This document shows, piece by piece, positions 1 through 8,695 of a DNA stretch of 44,904 nt; the first letter of the stretch is position 1, and every line of letters starts with the position of its first letter. The notes under the pieces are model-generated. The model made no database searches. It was not told where the DNA came from and saw only the letters and a program-made list of their open reading frames with translations. Position numbers and translations under genes: made by a program. Origin of the DNA: an uncultured Ignavibacteriota bacterium (lineage in GTDB: Bacteria > Bacteroidota > Ignavibacteria > UBA10030 > UBA8401); contig CAIVNT010000208.1 of assembly GCA_903907305.1 (NCBI GenBank), forward strand, positions 1 through 44,904, written 5' to 3'.

Positions 1-96
1 AACAAGATCAGAGTCATCCAGCGACGGGCTTATGGGTTGCGAGACGAAGAATATCTTCGTCTTAAAATCCTTGCCTGTATGCTGCCTGATTTTTAA
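1..96 (+). CDS. ISL3-family transposase, C-terminal fragment (5' part outside the window)
   Basis: Frame 1 reads NKIRVIQRRAYGLRDEEYLRLKILACMLPDF*. This NNKI.VI.R.AYG(F/L)RD.E(Y/F)..LKI tail is the conserved C-terminus of ISL3 (IS204/IS1001/IS1096/IS1165) DDE transposases. It is absent from the ORF track because there is no start codon in the window. Confidence 0.7.
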   Translation, partial: NKIRVIQRRAYGLRDEEYLRLKILACMLPDF

Positions 97-140
97 CCAA
101 AATAGCTCCTGATTTTACCCACTCGATCGGGAGAAGAGCC
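1..140 (+). mobile_element. Right end of an ISL3-family insertion sequence, truncated by the window edge
   Basis: The transposase stop at 94-96 is followed 44 nt later by ...CGGGAGAAGAGCC (ends at 140). Its reverse complement, GGCTCTTCTCCCG, matches the GGCTCTT-type terminal inverted repeat of ISL3 elements. The flanking AAAATTTA (141-148) is AT-rich, like ISL3 8-bp target duplications. Confidence 0.55.
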
Positions 141-246
141 AAAATTTATAGTCAGCAATAGATTCTTCCCTATGGGAACGTAGATCGTCCTGATACTTTA
201 AAACAAGAACTTTGCATTGAGACTCAGAATAATACCTTCCCTGGAG

Positions 247-1371
247 TTACTCTTTTTCCATCAAAAAAAGATACTCCACATACTTCCCGTCGCTGTTGAT
301 CCATTCGTTCGTCCAGCGCATATTTCCCATCACATTCTTCTTATAGTCGATCTCCACGGCGCGGATGAGTTTCCCTCCCGTATTGAGGATTTCGTGCAAT
401 GCTTCTTTTGTTGCCCGTCCGCCCGAACTGTACGAGAGTAAAATATATTTTGATCTCGTCTGTTCGATCAATGAACGGATCGCATTCATGGCAAGAAAAT
501 TTCCGTTCTCATCTTTTCTGAATTCTTCAAAAACAGAAGGCGAGGCAGTGTCCCGGGAATCTTCGCGGCGGTTCACTTTTCCGAAGAGCTGCGGCTTGTC
601 ATTTTGGATAACGGTCGTCCAGATATGATAATAGGAATTGTAGCGAACCCTGCTCGGAGGCATCTTCTCATTATTGGAGCCGTAGGGAGGATCGAAATAG
701 GCGAGATCGAATTCCGCTTCGTTGACGGTATCAAAGACATCTTTTCGAACGACGCGGTTCTTGCCTTTGCTGATGAATAGTTTCGGAAGCCGCAGTTTCA
801 TCTCGTTGTGTGAACGGGGGGACCAGTCCGCCAGATATGCAGCGAAGTGGCCCAGCGTGCTGTCCACAGAATCGAGCGCGAGGATAAGACTCGTCAATGC
901 CACGGCCTTTTCAATTTCATTAAGACCCATCCTGTCTATCTCATCGCGGACAGCATCGAGCTTCATGGTATTCTTTAATTGAAATGGACGCTTCTCACCG
1001 GTCGCTTCAGTTCCGCCGTAATGTCCGGAGAACCATCCTTCGTATCCATTAAGACTGTTCAGATGATCGATGATGCGCTGATACTCTTTCGGTTCGCGCT
1101 CATTCATGAGATAAGCTGTGGCCAAAGTTTCGGACCAGACGGAGATGTCGCTGGATGTAGTATTGAATCCGAGTTTTGCAAACAATTGACTCACACGCGT
1201 TGAGCCGGAGAATCCGTCCAGCACAGTCGTTATCGGTAACGGAGAAATGATGTCGATGATGGAGGGAAGGATCTTCCGTTTGGAACCGGCGTATTTTATC
1301 CCTTCCGTGTCGGGGACGGGATGGTGTACAGCGGTATTTATTGGGACTCCAATATTCATAGAATGATACAT
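247..1371 (-). CDS. N6-adenine DNA methyltransferase, D12/Dam-like class (alpha order: FxGxG ... DPPY)
   Basis: Motifs seen: IKYAGSKRKILP (the Y.GSK motif of Dam-type enzymes), VLDGFSGSTRV (SAM-binding motif I) and FDPPYGS (catalytic motif IV). The start is uncertain: TTG at 1398, ATG at 1371 or 1359. Confidence 0.85.
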   Translation of the reverse strand: MYHSMNIGVPINTAVHHPVPDTEGIKYAGSKRKILPSIIDIISPLPITTVLDGFSGSTRVSQLFAKLGFNTTSSDISVWSETLATAYLMNEREPKEYQRIIDHLNSLNGYEGWFSGHYGGTEATGEKRPFQLKNTMKLDAVRDEIDRMGLNEIEKAVALTSLILALDSVDSTLGHFAAYLADWSPRSHNEMKLRLPKLFISKGKNRVVRKDVFDTVNEAEFDLAYFDPPYGSNNEKMPPSRVRYNSYYHIWTTVIQNDKPQLFGKVNRREDSRDTASPSVFEEFRKDENGNFLAMNAIRSLIEQTRSKYILLSYSSGGRATKEALHEILNTGGKLIRAVEIDYKKNVMGNMRWTNEWINSDGKYVEYLFLMEKE

Positions 1372-1488
1372 TCTATTAAAATCGAGGAAGAGACGCAATA
1401 CGGAATCGGGTCAAAGCAGGGGTATAGGTGCGATGCTGGATATTGGATACTGAATTGCGTTTTTGTTGCGGGTGGGTAATGGGCAATC

Positions 1489-1522
1489 ACCGTAGGTCAT
1501 GACTTAAGTCATGTCCTACGGT
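1489..1522. repeat. 34-nt near-perfect palindrome ACCGTAGGTCATGACTTAAGTCATGTCCTACGGT (GTAGG...CCTAC)
   Basis: Read directly from the sequence. One internal mismatch (1497/1514). Lies between the methyltransferase start and the peroxidase stop. Confidence 0.8.
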
Positions 1523-1561
1523 AATCCATTTTCCAATTTGTGTTCATTCGTGGATTATACA

Positions 1562-2761
1562 TTATTTCATGAATGGATCAGACCACTTCACATCCGAATA
1601 GACATTCGTTCCGGCAAGCGTGCGGATGAATGCGATGAGTGCATCCTTCTCCTGCTGCGTAAGATTGAGATTCTGCGGATTGCCGGCGGGGCGAAGGCGC
1701 GGATCGAGATTTGTGTTTCCCGCAGGATTGATATTGTTGTAATGATTGATCACGGTGATCAATTGATTCGATAATCCGATATGCATGAACGGTCCGTTGC
1801 TGGAGCCATCCACCTTCACTGCGTCGCGCAGGCTTGGTGCGCGCGTTACCGTAGCATCCGTACCGCCGGCAAATGAACCGATGACGCCGTTATTCAATGT
1901 GCGCGGATCGATATCGAATTCCGGTCCCGCATGACACCCTGCGCATCCAGCGCCGCCGGCAACTCTTGTCCCGGTACCGTCAAACTGCGGAGGAGCGAAA
2001 AAGAGATTCTTTCCGTCATTCTCGAGCATGGAAAAATTTGTGAACGGTGCCTGATCGTTTCCCGCCGCCGCGCGTCCAGCATCGTATTTTGAATCGAAGG
2101 ACTGAATGCTGCGGATGAACTGCGCGAGGCACTCCTGCATCCTTGCCTCGGTGATCACTGCATCACCGAAGACGGTGGTGAACAATTCTTTATAATAGTC
2201 CAGCGCCTGCAGTTTTGCGATAAGATCGTTCAACGACGGATCGCCGTCCGCTCCGCTGAATCCCATCTCTTTATGGTCCTGCATCGGCCGTGTGGTCTGA
2301 TTCTCCAGCGACGATGCACGTTCATCCCAAAAGAATTTCACTTCGTTGGAGAACCGGGAGTTGACAAGACGCATCGCGTGCCGGCCGGTTGTTCCATTAA
2401 CACCGGTACTTGCTGTTGCCGTATCGCTGAAAGCGAATTGCTGTAGATGACACGATGCGCAGGCGATGGTATTGTTCGTAGAAAGATGTTTGTCGTAGAA
2501 CAACACTCTGCCGAGTGTTGCTTTTGCATTGGTGATCGTATTGCCGGCGGAATTATCCTTGGTGATATACGACGGGATCGGCTGCGCTGCGTAATTCGGC
2601 AGTGCGTTCATATTGATCGCCGAACCGAAAGTTTTTAACAGCGTTTCGGACGGGGGAAGTGCCGATGCCGATGTTGTTGTTTCATCTTTCGTGCAGGCGG
2701 TAATGAACATGAGTCCGGTGAACAAAACAGAGAGAAGAGCGGTGCGGATTGCGGTCATCAT
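1562..2761 (-). CDS. Di-haem cytochrome c peroxidase (CCP/MauG family), lipoprotein
   Basis: Two CxxCH haem motifs (CASCH, CAGCH), the LGRVLFYDK.LS signature, and a lipobox-like signal ...MFITAC. Confidence 0.9.
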   Translation of the reverse strand: MMTAIRTALLSVLFTGLMFITACTKDETTTSASALPPSETLLKTFGSAINMNALPNYAAQPIPSYITKDNSAGNTITNAKATLGRVLFYDKHLSTNNTIACASCHLQQFAFSDTATASTGVNGTTGRHAMRLVNSRFSNEVKFFWDERASSLENQTTRPMQDHKEMGFSGADGDPSLNDLIAKLQALDYYKELFTTVFGDAVITEARMQECLAQFIRSIQSFDSKYDAGRAAAGNDQAPFTNFSMLENDGKNLFFAPPQFDGTGTRVAGGAGCAGCHAGPEFDIDPRTLNNGVIGSFAGGTDATVTRAPSLRDAVKVDGSSNGPFMHIGLSNQLITVINHYNNINPAGNTNLDPRLRPAGNPQNLNLTQQEKDALIAFIRTLAGTNVYSDVKWSDPFMK

Positions 2762-2851
2762 AGAAATACCATGTTGTGAATAATGTGTGAATGTGCTTAT
2801 GATACTTTAAACGACAAAAAATCGGACTTCCTTCGCTGATTTAAAAACAAA

Positions 2852-2869
2852 TCGCCCCTGACGGGGCGA
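2852..2869 (-). terminator. Rho-independent terminator after the ECF sigma operon
   Basis: TCGCCCC-tgac-GGGGCGA stem. On the minus strand it is followed by TTTGTTTTT. Confidence 0.6.
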
Positions 2870-2897
2870 ATGATGAAAACTGTTAAAAAAAATGCGA

Positions 2898-3368
2898 TTA
2901 CTGAGGACGACGTTCTTTCGGCAAAAAAAGTTCGGCAAGTTCATGGGATAACGAATTGAAATCATTCATCTGATCGGGACGGCAGATCATTCGGATGCCC
3001 GAAAAATGATCGATGTGTGCATGTTCAACGCGACGCTGCACGGTGCCGATACGTTCAATAAGGGAATCCTCTTTCGCCGGATCCGGGGATGGGAGCAGTG
3101 AGAAGAGTTTGCGTTTCAACAGCATGATCTCTTCGTCTGCCGAACGAATTGTCTGCTGATGCTGTTCGATCAAAGAATCATATCGGTCGATCTGGGCTTT
3201 GTCAAAACGGAGACGTTCGATAATGATGTGTTTCGGTCCTTCTCCGTTTCGATCTCCGTCCGGACGGGGCGGTTTGTTAAGCAGCAGGAATGAGATGACG
3301 CCGACATTCATCAGAAAAAGGACAGCAACTGCGATGGTAAGAAGTTTGGTCTTATTCATAGAGATCAT
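2898..3368 (-). CDS. Membrane-anchored periplasmic Spy/CpxP-like (heavy-metal-sensor-like) helical protein
   Basis: N-terminal TM helix followed by a charged helical region (FDKAQIDRYDSLIEQHQQTIR...LKRKLFSLL). Third gene of the sigma/anti-sigma module. The family call is weak. Confidence 0.45.
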   Translation of the reverse strand: MISMNKTKLLTIAVAVLFLMNVGVISFLLLNKPPRPDGDRNGEGPKHIIIERLRFDKAQIDRYDSLIEQHQQTIRSADEEIMLLKRKLFSLLPSPDPAKEDSLIERIGTVQRRVEHAHIDHFSGIRMICRPDQMNDFNSLSHELAELFLPKERRPQ

Positions 3369-3639
3369 TGGATGATGAAAGATTCATCGATATAGCTAGA
3401 TGCTGGATACTTGATGAATGGGTTTTAATTCCAGCAAACGAAGAGACAACAATGATGTTGATAACCGCTAATGCAAGTAACGATGAAATGACAGCGAAGC
3501 GGAACTTCGTGCTTACCGAAGATTGTGAAACGGATGCGATCCGCTGTTCGATCCTGGTGAAGAGGAAGGGAGGCGCGTCCACCGGACGGATCTTCTCCAA
3601 TTTGTTCAGTTCAGTATCAATGTTCATCGTCGTCTTCAT
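3352..3639 (-). CDS. Putative anti-sigma factor (single-pass membrane protein)
   Basis: Lies 17 nt downstream of the ECF sigma gene, has one TM helix (FAVISSLLALAVINIIVVSSF) and overlaps the next ORF. Called from position only. Confidence 0.45.
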   Translation of the reverse strand: MKTTMNIDTELNKLEKIRPVDAPPFLFTRIEQRIASVSQSSVSTKFRFAVISSLLALAVINIIVVSSFAGIKTHSSSIQHLAISMNLSSSNDLYE

Positions 3640-3655
3640 AGTTATACGATTAATA

Positions 3656-4192
3656 TTATGATTTCCTTCGCTCCATCATGGAAGAAAGTGATTGTTTTGC
3701 CCGTTGGACCAATGATTCCAGCGCTTTTGGCGTGATATTCATGATCTCCGCCGCCTCTTTTTGCGAACGGTCCTCGATCTTCATCAGGATAATGGCGGTC
3801 CGCTGTTTTTCCGGAAGGTTGTCGATGAACGAGAAGAGCCGTTCCACTTCCTCTTTATCCTCCATCAGGACGCCGGGATGATCGAAATGTCCCGGGTCCA
3901 ACTCCCTACCCGAATCATCCGGACCGAACAGGGAGGTGATGAACGCAAAACGTTTTTGCGTCTTCTTCGCTTTGATGAAATCGAGATTGTGATTGATGGT
4001 GATGCGGTAGATCCAGGTCTTGAGGGAAGAGAGCGCTTCGTTATGCTCATGTAAATGATCGTGGATCTTCACGAACACTTCCTGAGTGATGTCCTGAGCA
4101 TCCTCTGCATTGTGAACGTACTGCAGCGAAAGATTGTAGACGAGATTTTTGTATTCTTCGTAGACGTCCCGGAACGAACGGCTGTCAGTCAT
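3656..4192 (-). CDS. ECF-type RNA polymerase sigma-70 factor
   Basis: Region 2 (YNLSLQYVHNAEDAQDITQEVFVK, WIYRITINHNLDF) and region 4 (LPEKQRTAIILMKIEDRSQKEAAEIMNITPKALESLVQRAK). Confidence 0.9.
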   Translation of the reverse strand: MTDSRSFRDVYEEYKNLVYNLSLQYVHNAEDAQDITQEVFVKIHDHLHEHNEALSSLKTWIYRITINHNLDFIKAKKTQKRFAFITSLFGPDDSGRELDPGHFDHPGVLMEDKEEVERLFSFIDNLPEKQRTAIILMKIEDRSQKEAAEIMNITPKALESLVQRAKQSLSSMMERRKS

Positions 4193-4228
4193 GAGTGGAT
4201 TCGCATGGATAGGAACATAAGGGAAGGT

Positions 4229-4708
4229 CTATTTTTTCCTCTGCTGAAGATTTTTTTCGTACCGGGCGATCCACTCTTTCACCGTCATCTTGCCTGCCAA
4301 TTTCCCGATGATTGCGAACGGTATCTGGTCCATTTTTTTGAAACGGACGCATCCTTTTCCCATATCGAGTTTTGCGGGAGCCGCTTTCGCATATTCCTGC
4401 GTGAACCATTCCAATAATTTTTTATCTGCATAGAGGCCGAGATGATGGAGGACGATGAAGTTCTTCTGTGAACCAAGGTTCATGAACGGCAGCATGTGCT
4501 GCGGATTCACGTGATATCCGGCAGGATAGATGGAATGCGGCACATAATATCCCAGCATGCCGTACGTGATCCCTTCTTTGAATCCTTTCGGCAGATGTTT
4601 CACGATCTGACGACGCAGTTCCTTCATAGCCGCTTTCCGGTCATCGGGAAGGGTGTCGAGATATTCCTTTGGAGTGGAGGCTTTGGACTTCATCATTGTA
4701 TCATTCAC
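4229..4708 (-). CDS. DUF1801 (YdhG-like) domain protein
   Basis: PKEYLDTLPDDRKAAMKELRRQI...GMLGYY pattern, typical of DUF1801 proteins. Confidence 0.65.
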   Translation of the reverse strand: MNDTMMKSKASTPKEYLDTLPDDRKAAMKELRRQIVKHLPKGFKEGITYGMLGYYVPHSIYPAGYHVNPQHMLPFMNLGSQKNFIVLHHLGLYADKKLLEWFTQEYAKAAPAKLDMGKGCVRFKKMDQIPFAIIGKLAGKMTVKEWIARYEKNLQQRKK

Positions 4709-4932
4709 ATATTTGTGGTGTTCTTTTTCCCGGCGTTTTAGTTCTCTTTACTTCTGTAAAATACCCGCACACCAACATGTTGTTCTGCTTAGCGCAAAGT
4801 AGTAAAGTTCCGAAAGAGGAGCAAGTTGTCGCAATAGATGAACCGGGACCGATATTACGTATTCACGTGATTGCTGAAATACTCCGGAATGCGTACGTTA
4901 ATACCAATAAGTTGTTCTTCAACCGGAGGATC

Positions 4933-6015
4933 ATGGGAAAATATATTATTGCAGCAGCATTACTTTTGACAGCGCTCTTTGAAGGATGTTTACTCAACGA
5001 AGATCCGTATCCGCCACCAGTAGAAAATACCGGTGTACAAGAGATCACAGCAGGAATGTATCCATCCGTCTCGCCGGACGGAAAGAAGCTTTCATTCTCT
5101 CGGAACGGCGCCATCTACATATGTGATACGAGCGGAATGAATACCGTGCAATTAACAAGCGGAGTCTTCAACGATATAATGCCGCAGTGGAAGCCAAACG
5201 GAGGTTCGGTTGGTTTCATCCGTCAGGGGAACGGCGCATACGGTCTATTGATGAACGTGGATACGGCCCAAAAATTTGTAATGACCGTTTCAATTCATGA
5301 TTCTGTTCTATGCCGGACCGGCACAAAATCTTTATCCGGATATATGAACAACAATACTGAACGAAATTCTGCACCGGTGTGGGGATGGTCCCCCTCTGGA
5401 GAGTATGCTGCATTCTACAAGGGAAACGATACGAGCACCCAGTTGGCTGTTATCCGGTCCGACGGAACCGGAAAGAGGATGGGAACATATCCGTTGTTTC
5501 GGTCTCAACGATATGACTATTTCGGAAATACTTCGGGATTCTGCTGGCTTCCGCCGGGGAACAACATTATCATTGCTTCTAGCGTGTTGACCGACACGAG
5601 TTTTCTCTATGTCGTTTCCGTGGGCTCGGATTCGATGGTCCGTATGACGGAAAAAAAACATATAGCGTATCCGACATGTTCTGCCGACGGAAGGTACATC
5701 GGTTTCAGGTCCTATTATTCTGTTTACGGGTATTATATCCTGGACCGGCAAACCGGCTTTTTTTCATCAACAGGCGGCGCATATTCTCCAAAACTCTCTC
5801 CCAACGGAAAATATGTCGTCTCGTATAGTTATTCCTACAGCGGGAACCCCGATGCATATCCTTCATCTGTCCTTGTCTGTGCAAATGTGTCAACAGGAAT
5901 GAGTTCAACAATAGCATTGTCGGATTGGGACTACAGTTTTGTGTTCGATCCTTCCTCCCGGTATGTGTATCTTTCACGCGGAACAATTATCCGAAGAGTT
6001 CCGCTCCCGCAATGA
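4933..6015 (+). CDS. TolB-like PD40/WD40 beta-propeller lipoprotein
   Basis: ATG at 4933 is preceded by GGAGGA, followed by signal plus lipobox (LLLTALFEGC). Repeated SPDGKKLSF / SPSGEY / SADGRY / SPNGKY PD40 motifs. The upstream part of the 4669 ORF is treated as a non-coding extension. Confidence 0.7.
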   Translation: MGKYIIAAALLLTALFEGCLLNEDPYPPPVENTGVQEITAGMYPSVSPDGKKLSFSRNGAIYICDTSGMNTVQLTSGVFNDIMPQWKPNGGSVGFIRQGNGAYGLLMNVDTAQKFVMTVSIHDSVLCRTGTKSLSGYMNNNTERNSAPVWGWSPSGEYAAFYKGNDTSTQLAVIRSDGTGKRMGTYPLFRSQRYDYFGNTSGFCWLPPGNNIIIASSVLTDTSFLYVVSVGSDSMVRMTEKKHIAYPTCSADGRYIGFRSYYSVYGYYILDRQTGFFSSTGGAYSPKLSPNGKYVVSYSYSYSGNPDAYPSSVLVCANVSTGMSSTIALSDWDYSFVFDPSSRYVYLSRGTIIRRVPLPQ

Positions 6016-6106
6016 TGCATTCGAAGGAATGCTATGACTCAAAACTACGTCATCACCTCGACTGCATTGTTGTAGGACAGCTCAAAGGTATTCAATAACT
6101 AATACG

Positions 6107-8395
6107 TTACAACTCATATTCGACGCCGAAGATCGGCAGAAGATTCCACTGGTAGATCGTATCCTGCTTCCCCTTTTTTTCATTCCAGAAATATACCGCG
6201 ACATTCTTTTGATTGTACGCATTCCATGCACTGAGGTAAACGACAAGATTGGAATGCTCGGAATGGAACCGCTTATCGAACCGGACATTCAGTGAATGAT
6301 AGGCGGGATACCGTTCTCCGTTGATGCGCGCCGGATCGAGAACGGCACGTTTTTCCGCCGCTGAACGTGTCAGATCAAGAGGCGTGAATGGAGTTCCGCC
6401 GGCGAATATCCACCGTGCGCTGAATTCCCATTCTGCGTTCGGCTTATAACCCCCCTCCACACTTACGATCATCTGATTGTCGAATACGCGCCTTCTCCAG
6501 AGACCATCTGCACCCTGATATTCTGTGCGGAAGAGTGTTACACTCGCGAGTCCGTAAAAATCCGCCGCCAGTTTCTTCTGCAATGTCAATTCAAGACCGC
6601 GGGAACGGGCCTTGCCGCTGTTCGATAACTGACCGTGACTGAAGTAGAGTCCTCCGCGGTAGAACATCTCGTCCACCAGAAAGAGTGACGGATCGGATGG
6701 ATCGACCGGAAAATCGTAGTATTCCTTTTGATAGATCTCGGCTGTGAATTTTGTCTCTTCATTCAGCAAATGGTCGACACCGGCGATGTAGTGGACAGCA
6801 TACGGATCGCGAAGTTCCTTATTCCGAGCATCCTGCGAAAGGAGAGAGAGCGGCATATTCTGATAGAACATTCCGGACGACATATTGAATGTTGTGACAT
6901 CGCTGAGTGCAAGGGAGAGTGATGCGCGCGGAGAGACCGTCATCCGGTCATTGTAGGAAAAATAATCCGCCCGTGTGCCGACGGTGAATGTCAGCAGTGA
7001 GAACGGATGGACGATGTATGTAATGAAAGCGCCGAGTTTTGACGCGTTGATCTTGTTGTTATTTGCTGACGCAGGGGAAGAGTCCCCGACAGCATTGGTG
7101 AAACTACCGAACGCGTTGTCATATTTTTCCATGAACTGTTTTGTTTCGATGCCGAATTCCAGCGAATGCACATCCGACAAACGGAGCCGATTGCTGTTGC
7201 GCAGTGAGACTGCTGTCTGCGTGGAATGATTCTTCACGATCGGCAGACCGGTATTCGTCTCAAAGAAATCCTCTTGTGCTTTTGTTGTCTGCACACCAAG
7301 CGAAGTGTTCGAGTAGAAGTCGCTGCTCCACAGCGCACGCCAGACGATTCCGCCCGCATTCTGGTAGATGTCCTGATTCCCGTAGAAGAGCATATCGTTC
7401 TCTTCTGCGACGGTGCGGTCGGGGTTATTGTGATCATCACCCCCCAAAAACACGAGACTCAATTTGTGATGCGGTGAGAGATCGTAGACGATCTTTCCTT
7501 GCACATCGCCGTATTGCGGAGCCGCCGTTGTGCCGATGTCGAACATCTTCACCAGATACTCGAGATAACTTCTCCGGACCGAAAGGAGGAATGAACCATG
7601 TTCGTCGAGCGGTCCTTCAACCACCCCGCCGAATCCCATCACATTCAGATCGAGCTGTCCTTCGAAATTCTCGCGATTGCCTTCGCGCATGGACATCTGC
7701 AGTACGGAGGAGAGTTTATCGCCGTGACTTGCCGAAAATCCGCCGGCAGCAAAATTCACTTCATCGATAAGATCGATATTCACCATGCCGATCGGTCCGC
7801 CGGTCGCCCCCTGCGTGGGAAAGTGATTGATGTTCTGTATCTCAATACCATCGAGAAAGAATGCGTTCTCGAGCGGACTTCCGCCGCGGACGATAAGACT
7901 GTTGGATTGGTCGTTCACTTTGGCGAGACTCGGCAGACCCATGACCACCCGGCTGATATCTCCGCCGGAACCCGGCGCACGGCGGATCTCCTCCGCGCTC
8001 AGCGCTGTGATGCTCACCGGCTGAACATCGTTCGTATGGAAATATCCTGCAGTAACGACTACCTGATCGCTTTCCACCGTCTGTTCGGAGAGTTCACCAG
8101 TGACCGTTGTTGTGCGTTGAGAACGGATGATGATATCAGTCTTCGTAATGGTCGCATACCCGAGCATGCGAAACTGTAAGGAATAATTTCCGATAGGAAT
8201 ATTCTTGATGACGAACTTTCCGTCCGGATCGGTCACCGCGCCGAGCGAAGTATTTATGACAATGATATTCGCGCCGACGAGTGGGGAGCGGGTGGCCTGG
8301 TCAAGTGCGGTCCCTTCGACTGAGCCGGTATATTGCGGCTGCGAAAGAAGAATTCCGGAGCAGAGGATGAGGAACAATGCAACAGTGCGTTTCAT
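6107..8395 (-). CDS. TonB-dependent receptor with N-terminal carboxypeptidase-regulatory-like domain
   Basis: GTALDQATRSPLVGANIIV...DPDGKFVIKNIPIGNYSL (CarboxypepD_reg), plug domain (IRRAPGSGGDISRVV, LIVRGGS) and a C-terminal aromatic barrel end ...VEYEL. Confidence 0.9.
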   Translation of the reverse strand: MKRTVALFLILCSGILLSQPQYTGSVEGTALDQATRSPLVGANIIVINTSLGAVTDPDGKFVIKNIPIGNYSLQFRMLGYATITKTDIIIRSQRTTTVTGELSEQTVESDQVVVTAGYFHTNDVQPVSITALSAEEIRRAPGSGGDISRVVMGLPSLAKVNDQSNSLIVRGGSPLENAFFLDGIEIQNINHFPTQGATGGPIGMVNIDLIDEVNFAAGGFSASHGDKLSSVLQMSMREGNRENFEGQLDLNVMGFGGVVEGPLDEHGSFLLSVRRSYLEYLVKMFDIGTTAAPQYGDVQGKIVYDLSPHHKLSLVFLGGDDHNNPDRTVAEENDMLFYGNQDIYQNAGGIVWRALWSSDFYSNTSLGVQTTKAQEDFFETNTGLPIVKNHSTQTAVSLRNSNRLRLSDVHSLEFGIETKQFMEKYDNAFGSFTNAVGDSSPASANNNKINASKLGAFITYIVHPFSLLTFTVGTRADYFSYNDRMTVSPRASLSLALSDVTTFNMSSGMFYQNMPLSLLSQDARNKELRDPYAVHYIAGVDHLLNEETKFTAEIYQKEYYDFPVDPSDPSLFLVDEMFYRGGLYFSHGQLSNSGKARSRGLELTLQKKLAADFYGLASVTLFRTEYQGADGLWRRRVFDNQMIVSVEGGYKPNAEWEFSARWIFAGGTPFTPLDLTRSAAEKRAVLDPARINGERYPAYHSLNVRFDKRFHSEHSNLVVYLSAWNAYNQKNVAVYFWNEKKGKQDTIYQWNLLPIFGVEYEL

Positions 8396-8587
8396 GGGAT
8401 AACCTTGTGAATGTTTGAAAAAGTCACAACATGAATAGTGTTGTGAAAAATTACACTACAAAGTTACATCACGGGAGGAAGGATTGCGCTTGAACCGATG
8501 GGTTTGAACGGGGGATTGAGGTCCAATCCCGTCGGGATGGACGGATGGTTTTTTTTGAGATAATTTCAATAAAACAAAGCCATTGTC

Positions 8588-8647
8588 TCTCGCAAAGGCG
8601 CAAAATAAATGTAAATTTTTCCTTGGCGACTTTGCGTCTTGGCGAGA
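8588..8647. repeat. Imperfect inverted repeat (arms TCTCGCAAAGGCGCAAA / TTTGCGTCTTGGCGAGA, 15/17) with a 26-nt spacer
   Basis: Read directly from the sequence. Same arm family as 15230-15314 (TTTGYGYCTTGGYG). Confidence 0.7.
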
Positions 8648-8695
8648 TGCTATAGTCAGTTCAAATTGCTTGGATAATGATATGGGGTATCATTA

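Noticed and set aside
1562-2761. The gene next to the methyltransferase as a candidate restriction endonuclease
   Set aside because: It has two CxxCH haem motifs and a lipoprotein signal, so it is a periplasmic cytochrome c peroxidase and not a nuclease.
2898-4192. ECF sigma / anti-sigma / periplasmic protein trio as something unusual
   Set aside because: This is a standard three-gene ECF module arrangement. I could not identify an ECF-type GAAC...CGT promoter upstream, so no further claim is made.
4669-4932. 88-codon N-terminal extension of the PD40 lipoprotein ORF, overlapping the divergent DUF1801 gene start
   Set aside because: The internal ATG at 4933 has a GGAGGA SD and is followed immediately by a signal peptide and lipobox. 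The extension has no features.
7141-7770. 209-aa plus-strand ORF, with several others at 6975-8179, inside the TonB-dependent receptor gene
   Set aside because: It is fully antisense to a gene with clear family motifs. The translation is Arg/Ser/Cys-rich low-complexity sequence with no recognisable domain, typical of a shadow ORF.
8396-8560. Possible riboswitch (for example cobalamin) in the 5' region of the TonB-dependent receptor, plus a 7-bp hairpin TCACAAC/GTTGTGA at 8424-8446
   Set aside because: I could find no B12-box-like or other riboswitch consensus on the minus strand. The region instead contains repeat-family hairpins. The small hairpin is too short to interpret.
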